A program made the position numbers and the translations under genes. 64,000 bases of DNA from the NCBI GenBank assembly GCA_017466275.1, contig JAFTUL010000013.1, positions 39,343 through 103,342 of the forward strand. The letters run 5' to 3'. Below, one piece after another: positions 11,646 through 19,885 of this stretch. The notes under the pieces are model-generated. The model worked only from the letters and a program-made list of their open reading frames with translations. It did no database searches and was not told the DNA's origin. The DNA is from Clostridia bacterium (lineage in GTDB: Bacteria; Bacillota; Clostridia; UMGS1883). Position 1 is the stretch's first letter. The number at the start of each line of letters is the position of its first letter.

Positions 11646-12706
11646 AAATTAAGCTTCATATCGCCCTGCTTAATTATATTGAGCTTTCTCATTCCCTCGG
11701 AAATTACAAGGGAAATTATTGCAGGGAAGATAAAATACATCAGAATATTATAAAGAAGTGCGAGCATGGGGTCCATCTTGGATGCCATTGTCTGAAAGCT
11801 CATTATAGGGCCTACAAGACCTGCCGTTCCCATACCGCTTCCCGTGGGATTGCTCTCCATACGAAATACCATTGTGGAAAGAGGCCCTAAAACAGCACTT
11901 GTAAATATAGAGGGAATCCAGATAAGAGGGTGTCTCATAATGTTGGGAATCTGGAGCATACTTGTGCCGAGTCCCTGAGCCACAAGACCGCCAAACTTGT
12001 TTTCGCGGTAGCTTATTACGGCAAAGCCTATCATATTGGCACAGCAACCTACTGTTGCCGCACCTGCCGCAAGTCCGTCAAGTCCAAGGATAATGCCGAT
12101 TGCCGCCGAGCTAATGGGGAGAGTAAGGAACATTCCCATAAGAACGCTGACAACAATACCCATAGTGAAAGGATTCTGCTTAACGCCCCAGTTTACCATA
12201 GCCCCAAGGTCTGCCATAAATTTTGAAATGGGAGGGCCTACCAGAAGAGCTATTGCCGAGCCTGCAAGAATACAGCAGACAGGAGTTACTATTATATCCA
12301 CCTTTGTCTTTCCGCTGACAAGCTTACCCACAAGAATTGCTGTATATGCTGCAATAAATGCACCCAAAGGCTCACCGGGAGGCGTAATGGAGAATGTACC
12401 GTTTACAAAGAGTGTGCCTGCAAGAATTTTTGCTGCATAAGCACCAACCATACCGGCAACTGCGGCACTTATGGTTGTAAGCTGTGATGAACGGAACTTA
12501 CACGCAACGCCGACACCGATACCTGCACCTGTTAAAAGAGAGGCAATTTTACCGGTGATGATAAGGAAATTGCCTACGCTTCCGCCCACAAAGGAGCCAA
12601 GCTGTGTAAGGATTGTGCCTACAATCAAAGTGGCAAACAGCCCGAATGCCATACCGCTGAGGCCGTCGATAAAGATATGGTTGAGGATTCTTTTTAATGT
12701 TCTCAT
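11642..12706 (-). CDS. PTS EIIC-like integral membrane protein (PTS_EIIC_2-like family), function unknown
   Basis: 354 aa highly hydrophobic, glycine-rich polytopic protein. Family assignment by resemblance only. Confidence 0.45.
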   Translation of the reverse strand: MRTLKRILNHIFIDGLSGMAFGLFATLIVGTILTQLGSFVGGSVGNFLIITGKIASLLTGAGIGVGVACKFRSSQLTTISAAVAGMVGAYAAKILAGTLFVNGTFSITPPGEPLGAFIAAYTAILVGKLVSGKTKVDIIVTPVCCILAGSAIALLVGPPISKFMADLGAMVNWGVKQNPFTMGIVVSVLMGMFLTLPISSAAIGIILGLDGLAAGAATVGCCANMIGFAVISYRENKFGGLVAQGLGTSMLQIPNIMRHPLIWIPSIFTSAVLGPLSTMVFRMESNPTGSGMGTAGLVGPIMSFQTMASKMDPMLALLYNILMYFIFPAIISLVISEGMRKLNIIKQGDMKLNL

Positions 12707-12794
12707 TTGTAACGCCCTTTCAGATAATTTCCTATATTATATATAAAAAAATCGGGGTATTCAAGTAAAAAAGGCGGAAAAGCAAAAAAAACTA

Positions 12795-12822
12795 TTGAAA
12801 TTTACGATTTTTATGCTACAAT
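12795..12822 (+). promoter_or_regulatory. sigma-A type promoter for ferredoxin gene
   Basis: TTGAAA, 16 nt spacer, TACAAT. Confidence 0.5.
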
Positions 12823-12856
12823 GAAAGTAACATTCTATGTAAAAGAGGTGTAGACA

Positions 12857-13030
12857 ATGGCTTATATTATTAATGATGATTGCATCAGCTGTGGTGCTTG
12901 CGAGGCAGAATGCCCCTGCAGCTGCATCAGTGAAGGTGATGGAAAGTACGTAATCGACGCAGACGCATGCGTAGAATGCGGTGCTTGCGCAGGTGTATGT
13001 CCTGTTGCTGCTCCCAACCCTGCTGAATAA
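12857..13030 (+). CDS. fdx: 2x[4Fe-4S] clostridial-type ferredoxin (57 aa)
   Basis: Translation MAYIINDDCISCGACEAECPCSCISEGDGKYVIDADACVECGACAGVCPVAAPNPAE has two CxxCxxCxxxCP motifs. AGAGGTG RBS lies 6 nt upstream. Below the 60 aa cutoff, so absent from the ORF track. Confidence 0.85.
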   Translation: MAYIINDDCISCGACEAECPCSCISEGDGKYVIDADACVECGACAGVCPVAAPNPAE

Positions 13031-13045
13031 TTCAGTAATAAAAAA

Positions 13046-13080
13046 GAAAAGCCGCTGAATTTTTTCGGCGGCTTTTACTT
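13046..13080 (+). terminator. rho-independent terminator
   Basis: aagccgc...gcggctttt hairpin with T-run. Confidence 0.6.
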
Positions 13081-13096
13081 TAATTCGGAGTGAATT

Positions 13097-13810
13097 ATGG
13101 TTTACGATTATGAAAAGGTCGAAGACCTTGGTCTTAAAGGATATAAAATAATACAGAACAAGGACGGATTTTGTTTTGGCAGTGACGCAGTGCTTCTTTC
13201 CCGTTTTGTAAAGCTCAAAAAAGGGGCAAGGGTGCTTGATATGTGTACGGGAACGGGTATTATCCCCGTGCTTCTGTGGGGAATGTGTGAGCTTTCAGGA
13301 ATTGATGCCGTGGAAATCGTGCCTGAGGTCAGCGACATGGCGAAAAGGACAATGGAGCTTAATTCTCTGCAGGACAAAATCCGTGTACATAACGAGGATT
13401 TAAAAAACTGCAAAAAGCTGTTTGGCACACATTCGTTTGATGCAGTTACCTGCAATCCGCCCTATATGAATGCAGGCGGAGGGCTTGTAAATCCAAAGGA
13501 TAAGCTTGCCATTGCACGTCACGAAATCTGCTGCAGTCTTGATGATGTGGTAAGGTGTGCAAAAGAGGTATTAAAGCCCTGCGGAAAGCTTTTCATGGTG
13601 CATCGGGCAGACAGACTTTGCGATGTTATAACCACATTCCGCAAATATAAAATTGAGCCAAAACGCCTTGCGGTTGTGTATTCTTCTGAGGGAAAGAGTG
13701 CAAACCTGATTCTGGTAGAGGGTGCTGAGGGCGGAAAACCCCAGCTAAAATTAGAACCTGCCGTGTTTATGTACGATAAAGACGGGAATTATATACAATC
13801 TTTAAAATAA
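13097..13810 (+). CDS. tRNA (adenine37-N6)-methyltransferase-like class I SAM MTase (YfiC/TrmN6 family)
   Basis: DMCTGTG SAM-binding motif and NPPY catalytic motif. Confidence 0.75.
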   Translation: MVYDYEKVEDLGLKGYKIIQNKDGFCFGSDAVLLSRFVKLKKGARVLDMCTGTGIIPVLLWGMCELSGIDAVEIVPEVSDMAKRTMELNSLQDKIRVHNEDLKNCKKLFGTHSFDAVTCNPPYMNAGGGLVNPKDKLAIARHEICCSLDDVVRCAKEVLKPCGKLFMVHRADRLCDVITTFRKYKIEPKRLAVVYSSEGKSANLILVEGAEGGKPQLKLEPAVFMYDKDGNYIQSLK

Positions 13811-13821
13811 GGAAGATTATT

Positions 13822-14661
13822 ATGAACGGAAAATTATACTTATGTGCAACGCCCATAGGAAACCTTGGCGATATTACACTGAGATGTGTTGAAACTCTCC
13901 GCACGGTTGACCTCATTGCGGCGGAGGATACAAGGAGGACTTTGGGACTGCTCAATCATTTGGAGATAGAAAAACCCCTTACAAGCTACTTTGAACATAA
14001 TAAAAAGGAAAAAGGCGAATATCTCATAAACGAAATGAGAAACGGCAAAAACATTGCCCTTGTCAGCGACGCAGGCACACCTGCCATAAGCGACCCTGGG
14101 GAGGATTTGGTGAAAATGTGTGCCGAGGCAGGGATAGATGTTGTTCCCATACCCGGTGCAGTGGCAGGAATCAATGCTCTTATTACAAGTGGGTTTTCTA
14201 CACAGCGGTTTGCGTTTGAGGGATTTCTGACCGTCAACAAACGAGGAAGAGCGGAACATCTTAAATCCCTTGTTGACGAGCAGAGAACAATGATTTTTTA
14301 CGAAGCACCGCACAAGCTGATGTCAACGCTCCGTGATATGCTCGAAACCTTTGGCGACAGGAGAATTGCTCTCTGCCGCGAGCTTACAAAAATTCACGAG
14401 GAGATTTACAGAACAACATTTACCGAAGCAATTGCAAGGTACGAGGAAAATCCCCCTCGCGGTGAATTTGTAATTGTCATTGAGGGTAAAAAGTCAGAGG
14501 ACCTTGCTTCCGAAAAGGAAGCCATATGGAAGACTATGTCCGTTTCCGACCATATTGAGATGTATATAAAGGATGGTATGACGGAAAAGGATGCCTTAAA
14601 AGCCGTGGCAAAAGACCGTGGCGTAAGTAAACGGGATATTTATAATGAATATAAGGTTTAA
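13822..14661 (+). CDS. rsmI: 16S rRNA (cytidine1402-2'-O)-methyltransferase
   Basis: LYLCATPIGNLGDIT... tetrapyrrole-methylase fold typical of RsmI. 279 aa. Confidence 0.85.
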   Translation: MNGKLYLCATPIGNLGDITLRCVETLRTVDLIAAEDTRRTLGLLNHLEIEKPLTSYFEHNKKEKGEYLINEMRNGKNIALVSDAGTPAISDPGEDLVKMCAEAGIDVVPIPGAVAGINALITSGFSTQRFAFEGFLTVNKRGRAEHLKSLVDEQRTMIFYEAPHKLMSTLRDMLETFGDRRIALCRELTKIHEEIYRTTFTEAIARYEENPPRGEFVIVIEGKKSEDLASEKEAIWKTMSVSDHIEMYIKDGMTEKDALKAVAKDRGVSKRDIYNEYKV

Positions 14662-14711
14662 AATGTATAGAAACCTTTAAAAAAGGAAACAAAGTTCCTC
14701 GGAGGCGAGGA

Positions 14712-14822
14712 GGCCCTTTGCCATTTTGAACGCCAAAATGGCGAAAAGCGGTGGGGAATCGGAACCCCCGCGTTTTTGGTACTTTTGGCTCCCAAAAGTA
14801 CATCGTCCCCTGCTATTCAGCA
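14712..14822. repeat. short copy of modular stem-loop repeat family (modules rcZ-rcY-rcX-HP1)
   Basis: Matches the reverse complement of modules in the 56.2 kb and 32.8 kb copies. tttgccattttgaacgccaaaatggcgaaaagcgg is exact. Hairpins ggggaatcggaaccccc, gtacttttggctcccaaaagtac and ctgctgaatagcag are present. Confidence 0.7.
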
Positions 14823-14865
14823 GAAGTTTATGCTTTTTTAAAAGCTTTTCTTTTATTTTTCCTTG

Positions 14866-14895
14866 ACAAACCGTGTATATAGTGGTAATATATCA
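14866..14895 (+). promoter_or_regulatory. sigma-A promoter of ACT-hom-lysC operon
   Basis: TTGACA, 17 nt spacer, TAATAT. Confidence 0.5.
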
Positions 14896-14924
14896 AAAGA
14901 CAAATGTACACAGGTGGTGGACAC

Positions 14925-15359
14925 ATGGAACAGAGGAAGCTTGTAATCGCCGATTTGTCGGTGCTTCCACCGGTTTATCACAAGGTTTTGAAGGTTAAGG
15001 AGCTTTTGGAATCGGGAGTGGCAGAAACGGTGAATGAAGCTGCCGATATGGCAGATGTTTCAAGAAGTGCGTATTATAAGTATAAGGACTATGTATTCCC
15101 TTTCAATCAGATGCAGGGAATCCTCACGCTCCTTATAGCAGTAATTGACCTAAAAGGTGTTCTCAGCGATATGCTCGCATTTATGAGTGATGCCGGATGC
15201 AATATTTTAACAATTAATCAGAATGTCCCCATAAACGGTGTGGCAAACATCACCGTAACGGTACAGACCGAACAGATGAAAGTCAGTACAGACAGACTTA
15301 TTACGGGACTTCAGACTATCCGCGGGGTGCGGAAAGTAAATATATTAGCAAAACAATAA
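14925..15359 (+). CDS. UPF0735 ACT domain-containing protein (PheB-like)
   Basis: SRSAYYKYKDYVFPF motif shared with B. subtilis PheB/UPF0735. ACT domain. Start MEQRK after GGTGG. Confidence 0.75.
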   Translation: MEQRKLVIADLSVLPPVYHKVLKVKELLESGVAETVNEAADMADVSRSAYYKYKDYVFPFNQMQGILTLLIAVIDLKGVLSDMLAFMSDAGCNILTINQNVPINGVANITVTVQTEQMKVSTDRLITGLQTIRGVRKVNILAKQ

Positions 15360-15373
15360 AGGAAGGCATACAG

Positions 15374-16576
15374 ATGAAAAAAATTGCTATTATCGGCTTC
15401 GGTGTAGTTGGCTCCGGAGTTTACGAAATCATAAGAAAAAATAAAAACCTCCTCACCAAAAAAGCAGGTGAGGAAATCGATGTCAAGCGTATTCTTGACA
15501 TTCGTGACTTTGACTCTCACGAGGAGGCACATCTTTTTACTAAGGATTTCAATGACCTTGTAAATGATGATGAAATTTCAATTATTGTGGAAACAATGGG
15601 CGGTATTAAATTCGCTTATGACTATACAAAGGCAGCTCTTTCGGCAGGAAAAAGCGTTGTCACCAGTAATAAGGAGCTTGTTGCTGCACATGGTGACGAA
15701 TTTTTCCGTATTGCAAAGGAAAATAATGTCCGTTATCTTTACGAAGCAAGTGTCGGCGGTGGTATCCCCATTATCCGTCCCCTTGCAAATGACGTGAGTG
15801 CAAACTGTGTTGAAGAAATTTCCGGCATACTTAACGGTACTACAAACTACATCTTAACAAAGATGTTCAAGGAAAATGACTCCTTTGAAAGCGCCCTCAA
15901 GACCGCGCAGGAGCTTGGTTATGCAGAAAAAGACCCCACAGCCGACGTTGACGGTATCGATGCCTGCAGAAAGATTTCTATTCTGATGTCCCTTGCAACG
16001 GGAAAGAAATTCAACAGCAGTAACGTAAATACAATCGGAATCCGCGGAATAACTGCCGAGGATGTTCAGTATGCGGCGGCAATAGGCTGTACAATTAAGC
16101 TTATCGGCCGTGGTTTTACAAAGGACGGCAAGGCAAACGCTTCCGTTGAGCCTATGCTTATCCCTCACAGCTGTCCCCTTTCGGGAATTGAGGATGTGTT
16201 CAACGGTGTACTTGTAAAGGGTAATATGGTTGACGAGCTTCTTTTCTACGGAAGAGGTGCAGGAAAGCTTCCCACTGCAAGTGCCGTTGTGGGTGACATT
16301 GTGGATATTGTCCGTTCTCCCGAATATAACGACTATTTCACATGGGAAGATTGCGGTAATGAAAATGTTATTCCGTACAAGGACGTGGAAGCACGTTTCT
16401 TTGTAAGAATTACAGCGGATAAGAAAGATAAAGTCAAGGAAATATTTGGTGAATGTGAAATCATAAAGGGTGTTTCCGACTACGGTTTCGTAACAAAGAA
16501 AATGAGTGTGGCAGACCTCGAAAAGGGTATAGAAGCACTCGGCGGTATAGTAAGCAGAATAAGACTTTTTAAATAA
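15374..16576 (+). CDS. hom: homoserine dehydrogenase
   Basis: N-terminal GFGVVGSG NAD-binding motif, catalytic domain and C-terminal ACT. 400 aa. Confidence 0.9.
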   Translation: MKKIAIIGFGVVGSGVYEIIRKNKNLLTKKAGEEIDVKRILDIRDFDSHEEAHLFTKDFNDLVNDDEISIIVETMGGIKFAYDYTKAALSAGKSVVTSNKELVAAHGDEFFRIAKENNVRYLYEASVGGGIPIIRPLANDVSANCVEEISGILNGTTNYILTKMFKENDSFESALKTAQELGYAEKDPTADVDGIDACRKISILMSLATGKKFNSSNVNTIGIRGITAEDVQYAAAIGCTIKLIGRGFTKDGKANASVEPMLIPHSCPLSGIEDVFNGVLVKGNMVDELLFYGRGAGKLPTASAVVGDIVDIVRSPEYNDYFTWEDCGNENVIPYKDVEARFFVRITADKKDKVKEIFGECEIIKGVSDYGFVTKKMSVADLEKGIEALGGIVSRIRLFK

Positions 16577-16595
16577 TTCCAAGGAGGTTAACATA

Positions 16596-17807
16596 ATGGG
16601 ATTGATAGTACAAAAATTTGGCGGCAGCAGTGTTGCGGATGCTGAAAGAGTATTCCGTGTTGCAAACCGCGTGGTAGATACCTATGATGAGGGCAATGAT
16701 GTAGTAGTTGTTGTTTCTGCACAGGGCGACACCACAGACGATTTAATTGCAAAGGCACAGGAAATTAACAAGAATGCATCAAAGAGAGAGATGGATGTTC
16801 TCCTCTCCGCAGGTGAGCAGATTTCCATGTCACTTCTTGCAATGGCAATTGAAAAGCTCGGCAGACCTGTTGTTTCCCTTACAGGATGGCAGGCAGGTGT
16901 GAATACCGACATCAACTATTCAAAGGCAAGAATCAAGAGAGTAGTCGGTGAAAGAATCCATCACGAGCTTGACAAAAAGAAAATTGTTATCGTGGCAGGT
17001 TTCCAGGGAATAAATAAATTTGACGACATAACAACCCTTGGCCGTGGTGGCTCCGATACATCGGCAGTTGCAATTGCAGCGGCATTGGGTGCAGACCTTT
17101 GCCAGATATTTACGGACGTTACGGGCGTTTATACAACAGACCCCAGAATCGTTCCCGAGGCAAGGAAACTCAACGAAATTACTTATGACGAAATGCTTGA
17201 ACTGGCAAGTGCAGGTGCAAACGTGCTTCATAACAGAAGCGTAGAGCTTGCAAAGAAATTTAATGTAAATATGGAAGTGCTGTCCAGCTTTGAAAAAGTT
17301 CCCGGCACTATTGTTAAGGAGGAAAACACAGTGGAAAAAATGTTAATTAGAGGTATTGCCCGTGACAATGATGTAGCAAGAATTGCTCTCGTAAATATTG
17401 ACGATACACCCGGCAAGGCTTTCCAGATATTCTCAATTCTTGCAAAGAAAAAGGTAAATGTAGACGTAATACTTCAGTCTATCGGCCGTGACGGAAGCAA
17501 GGATATCAGCTTCACTGTAAGTAGTGACGACCTTGAAACTGCACTTAATATCATCAACGAAAACAATGCAATTATCGGTGCTGAAAAGGTTATTCACGAC
17601 GAAAATGTTTCCAAGGTTTCCGTTGTTGGTGCAGGTATGACATCTAATCCCGGTGTTGCAGCATTGATGTTTGAAGCTCTTTATGATGCAGGTATCAACA
17701 TTCAGATGATTTCCACAAGCGAAATCAGAGTAAGCGTGCTTATCGACAGAAAAGACGCTGAAAAAGCTGTTAAGGCTATACATGATAAATTTGAACTTAA
17801 TAATTAA
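16596..17807 (+). CDS. lysC: aspartate kinase
   Basis: KFGGSSV amino-acid kinase motif. Two C-terminal ACT domains. 403 aa. Confidence 0.9.
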   Translation: MGLIVQKFGGSSVADAERVFRVANRVVDTYDEGNDVVVVVSAQGDTTDDLIAKAQEINKNASKREMDVLLSAGEQISMSLLAMAIEKLGRPVVSLTGWQAGVNTDINYSKARIKRVVGERIHHELDKKKIVIVAGFQGINKFDDITTLGRGGSDTSAVAIAAALGADLCQIFTDVTGVYTTDPRIVPEARKLNEITYDEMLELASAGANVLHNRSVELAKKFNVNMEVLSSFEKVPGTIVKEENTVEKMLIRGIARDNDVARIALVNIDDTPGKAFQIFSILAKKKVNVDVILQSIGRDGSKDISFTVSSDDLETALNIINENNAIIGAEKVIHDENVSKVSVVGAGMTSNPGVAALMFEALYDAGINIQMISTSEIRVSVLIDRKDAEKAVKAIHDKFELNN

Positions 17808-17910
17808 AATGGCTTAGATAAAATGCGCAGAACGAAAAAACGCAAAAGATATTATAATGGTGCATTTTATTGAGTTTAGGTCACATACGCGTTTGAATGT
17901 ATAAGGAAAG

Positions 17911-17937
17911 GAGTCCATAACGGACTCCTTTTTTGTA
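17911..17937 (+). terminator. lysC rho-independent terminator
   Basis: ggagtccataacggactcc followed by TTTTTTG. Confidence 0.75.
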
Positions 17938-17946
17938 TGTGTTTTT

Positions 17947-18045
17947 CTACGAACAAACTTTACCTCTCGCTGTACCTTTGTACAGCTTCGGGTACTCCCT
18001 TCGGGTTCAGTTTGTCCGTTCTGCAACATTTTCTCGTTGCCATTT
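17947..18045 (+). repeat. inverted-repeat element copy 1 (3' flank of cysK)
   Basis: ~75% identical to the reverse complement of 19019..19117. Compensatory changes preserve the internal hairpins. Confidence 0.7.
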
Positions 18046-18063
18046 GCTCAGGATTCAGGTGCT

Positions 18064-18990
18064 TCATTTTGTAAACAATTCTGTGCTTAAATACCTCTCT
18101 CCGCTGTCGGGAAGAAGAACTACAATCGTTTTTCCCTTGTTTTCTTCTCTTTCGGCAAGGATTTTTGCACCGTGGAGAGCCGCACCTGAGGAAATTCCCA
18201 CAAGGAATCCCTCTTTTGTGGCGAGGGAACGGCCTGCAGTAAAGGCATCCTCTGCCTCAATTGTGATGATTTCATCACATATAGCTTTGTCAAAGGTGTC
18301 GGGAATAAAGTTTGCACCAATTCCCTGAATTTTATGGCTTCCGCTTCTGCCCTCGGTTATAAGGGGGGAGGAAGCAGGCTCAATCCCTACAATTTTTATG
18401 TCGGGATTTTTTTCTTTCAGATATTTTCCGGTACCGCTTATTGTTCCGCCCGTGCCGATGCCTGCAACGAATATATCTATTTTACCCTCGGTGTCTTCCC
18501 ATATTTCAGGACCTGTCGTTTCATAGTGGGTCTTAGGATTGTCGGGGTTTATGAACTGTCCGGGAATGAAGCTTCCCTCATATTTTTCTTTAAGCTCATT
18601 TGCTTTTTGCACAGCACCATTCATTCCAAGGCTTCCCTCGGTCAGAACAATTTCCGCACCGTAGGCTTTGAGAAGATTTCTCCTTTCAACGGACATAGTG
18701 TCGGGCATTGTGAGGATTAGCTTGTACCCCTTTGCCGCCGCAACGGATGCAAGTCCTATGCCTGTGTTTCCGCTTGTTGGCTCAATAATAACACTGCCCT
18801 CTGTAAGAAGCCCCTTTTTCTCCGCTTCCTCAATCATTTTTACGGCAATGCGGTCTTTACTGCTTCCTGCAGGGTTCATACATTCAAGCTTGGCAATGAT
18901 TTTTGCCCCGAGATTATTCTCTTTTTCATAATTGCAAAGCTCTAAAAGAGGGGTTTTCCCCACAAGCTCCGTTATCTTTTTATAAATCAT
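18064..18990 (-). CDS. cysK: cysteine synthase A (O-acetylserine sulfhydrylase)
   Basis: PLP-lysine motif SSKDR. Full-length CysK similarity. 308 aa. Confidence 0.9.
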   Translation of the reverse strand: MIYKKITELVGKTPLLELCNYEKENNLGAKIIAKLECMNPAGSSKDRIAVKMIEEAEKKGLLTEGSVIIEPTSGNTGIGLASVAAAKGYKLILTMPDTMSVERRNLLKAYGAEIVLTEGSLGMNGAVQKANELKEKYEGSFIPGQFINPDNPKTHYETTGPEIWEDTEGKIDIFVAGIGTGGTISGTGKYLKEKNPDIKIVGIEPASSPLITEGRSGSHKIQGIGANFIPDTFDKAICDEIITIEAEDAFTAGRSLATKEGFLVGISSGAALHGAKILAEREENKGKTIVVLLPDSGERYLSTELFTK

Positions 18991-19018
18991 TTTCTGTTCT
19001 CCTTTTTTGCACTTCCCA

Positions 19019-19117
19019 AGAATGGGAGAAAGTAGTGCAGAATTGACAAACTGAACCCGCAGGGGTTACCCGAAGGCGTACGAGGGTACGTCGAGCGGTG
19101 AAGTTTGTCGATAGCAA
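19019..19117 (-). repeat. inverted-repeat element copy 2 (5' leader of cysK)
   Basis: Reverse complement aligns with 17947..18045. Lies between the likely cysK promoter and the start codon. Confidence 0.7.
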
Positions 19118-19254
19118 AACGAAGTAATAATAGGAATTTGCAAAAAGCAAATTCCTACTAAAAACAATCAAAGAAAAAATGTTTTCGCATTTAATAAAAG
19201 TAATCAATATATATTCTTTTCGTTTTGCGGTCGGTGCTGCTTTATCACATTCGC

Positions 19255-19746
19255 TCAATATCCTAATTTATCTCCTAAACTGTCGTCATTTTCAATCCAG
19301 TCTTTTTCAACATCGAAAATTTCGTAATTATTTTCATCACGACGCACGATAACCTTGGCAATGCCTGCATTTATAATGTGTCTTTTACACATCGCACAGC
19401 TTGTCGCATCGTGCACAAGCTCGCCCGTTTTACAATCCCTGCCTGCAAGGTAGAGCGTTGCACCAATCATATCACGGCGGGGCGCACTTATTATTGCATT
19501 TGCCTCGCTATGTACACTTCTGCACAGCTCGTAGCGTTCTCCTCTGGGAACCTGAAGCTGTTCACGTCTGCAGTAGCCTAAATCCATACAGTTCTTTCTG
19601 CCGCGGGGTGCACCCGTGTAGCCCGTGGAGATGATTTCATCATTCTTTACAATAATAGAACCGTAATTTCTGCGGAGGCAGGTTCCGCGCTCCAATACGG
19701 TTGTAGCTATATCAAGATAATAATTGTGTTTGTCTCTTCTTTCCAT
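19255..19746 (-). CDS. comEB: dCMP deaminase (ComEB-like cytidine/deoxycytidylate deaminase)
   Basis: Zinc motifs HSEANAI and CAMC. 163 aa. Confidence 0.8.
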   Translation of the reverse strand: MERRDKHNYYLDIATTVLERGTCLRRNYGSIIVKNDEIISTGYTGAPRGRKNCMDLGYCRREQLQVPRGERYELCRSVHSEANAIISAPRRDMIGATLYLAGRDCKTGELVHDATSCAMCKRHIINAGIAKVIVRRDENNYEIFDVEKDWIENDDSLGDKLGY

Positions 19747-19792
19747 AGGTATTATACCCCCTTTTTATATATTTTATAATATATCGGGCTTT

Positions 19793-19846
19793 TTGTCAAT
19801 TGAGGAGGTAATAACAATTGACAAATTCATTGCCTTTTGGTAAAAT
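19793..19846 (+). promoter_or_regulatory. proS promoter with overlapping 10-bp-arm palindrome
   Basis: TTGTCAATTG-N12-CAATTGACAA (19793..19824) overlaps the -35 TTGACA (19818..19823). A 17 nt spacer leads to -10 TAAAAT (19841..19846). Confidence 0.5.
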
Positions 19847-19885
19847 ATAATAGACTTATAATATATTTCTAAGGGGATTTTAACC

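Noticed and set aside
14662-14925. Lysine riboswitch (L-box) expected upstream of a hom-lysC operon
   Set aside because: The leader is largely occupied by a repeat-family copy and lacks L-box conserved segments. The operon begins with an ACT-domain gene and a plain sigma-A promoter.
19019-19254. T-box or S-box riboswitch in the cysK leader
   Set aside because: There is no T-box consensus (AATTAGGGTGGNACCGCG), specifier loop or SAM-I conserved junctions. The structure is instead a repeat shared with the 3' flank.
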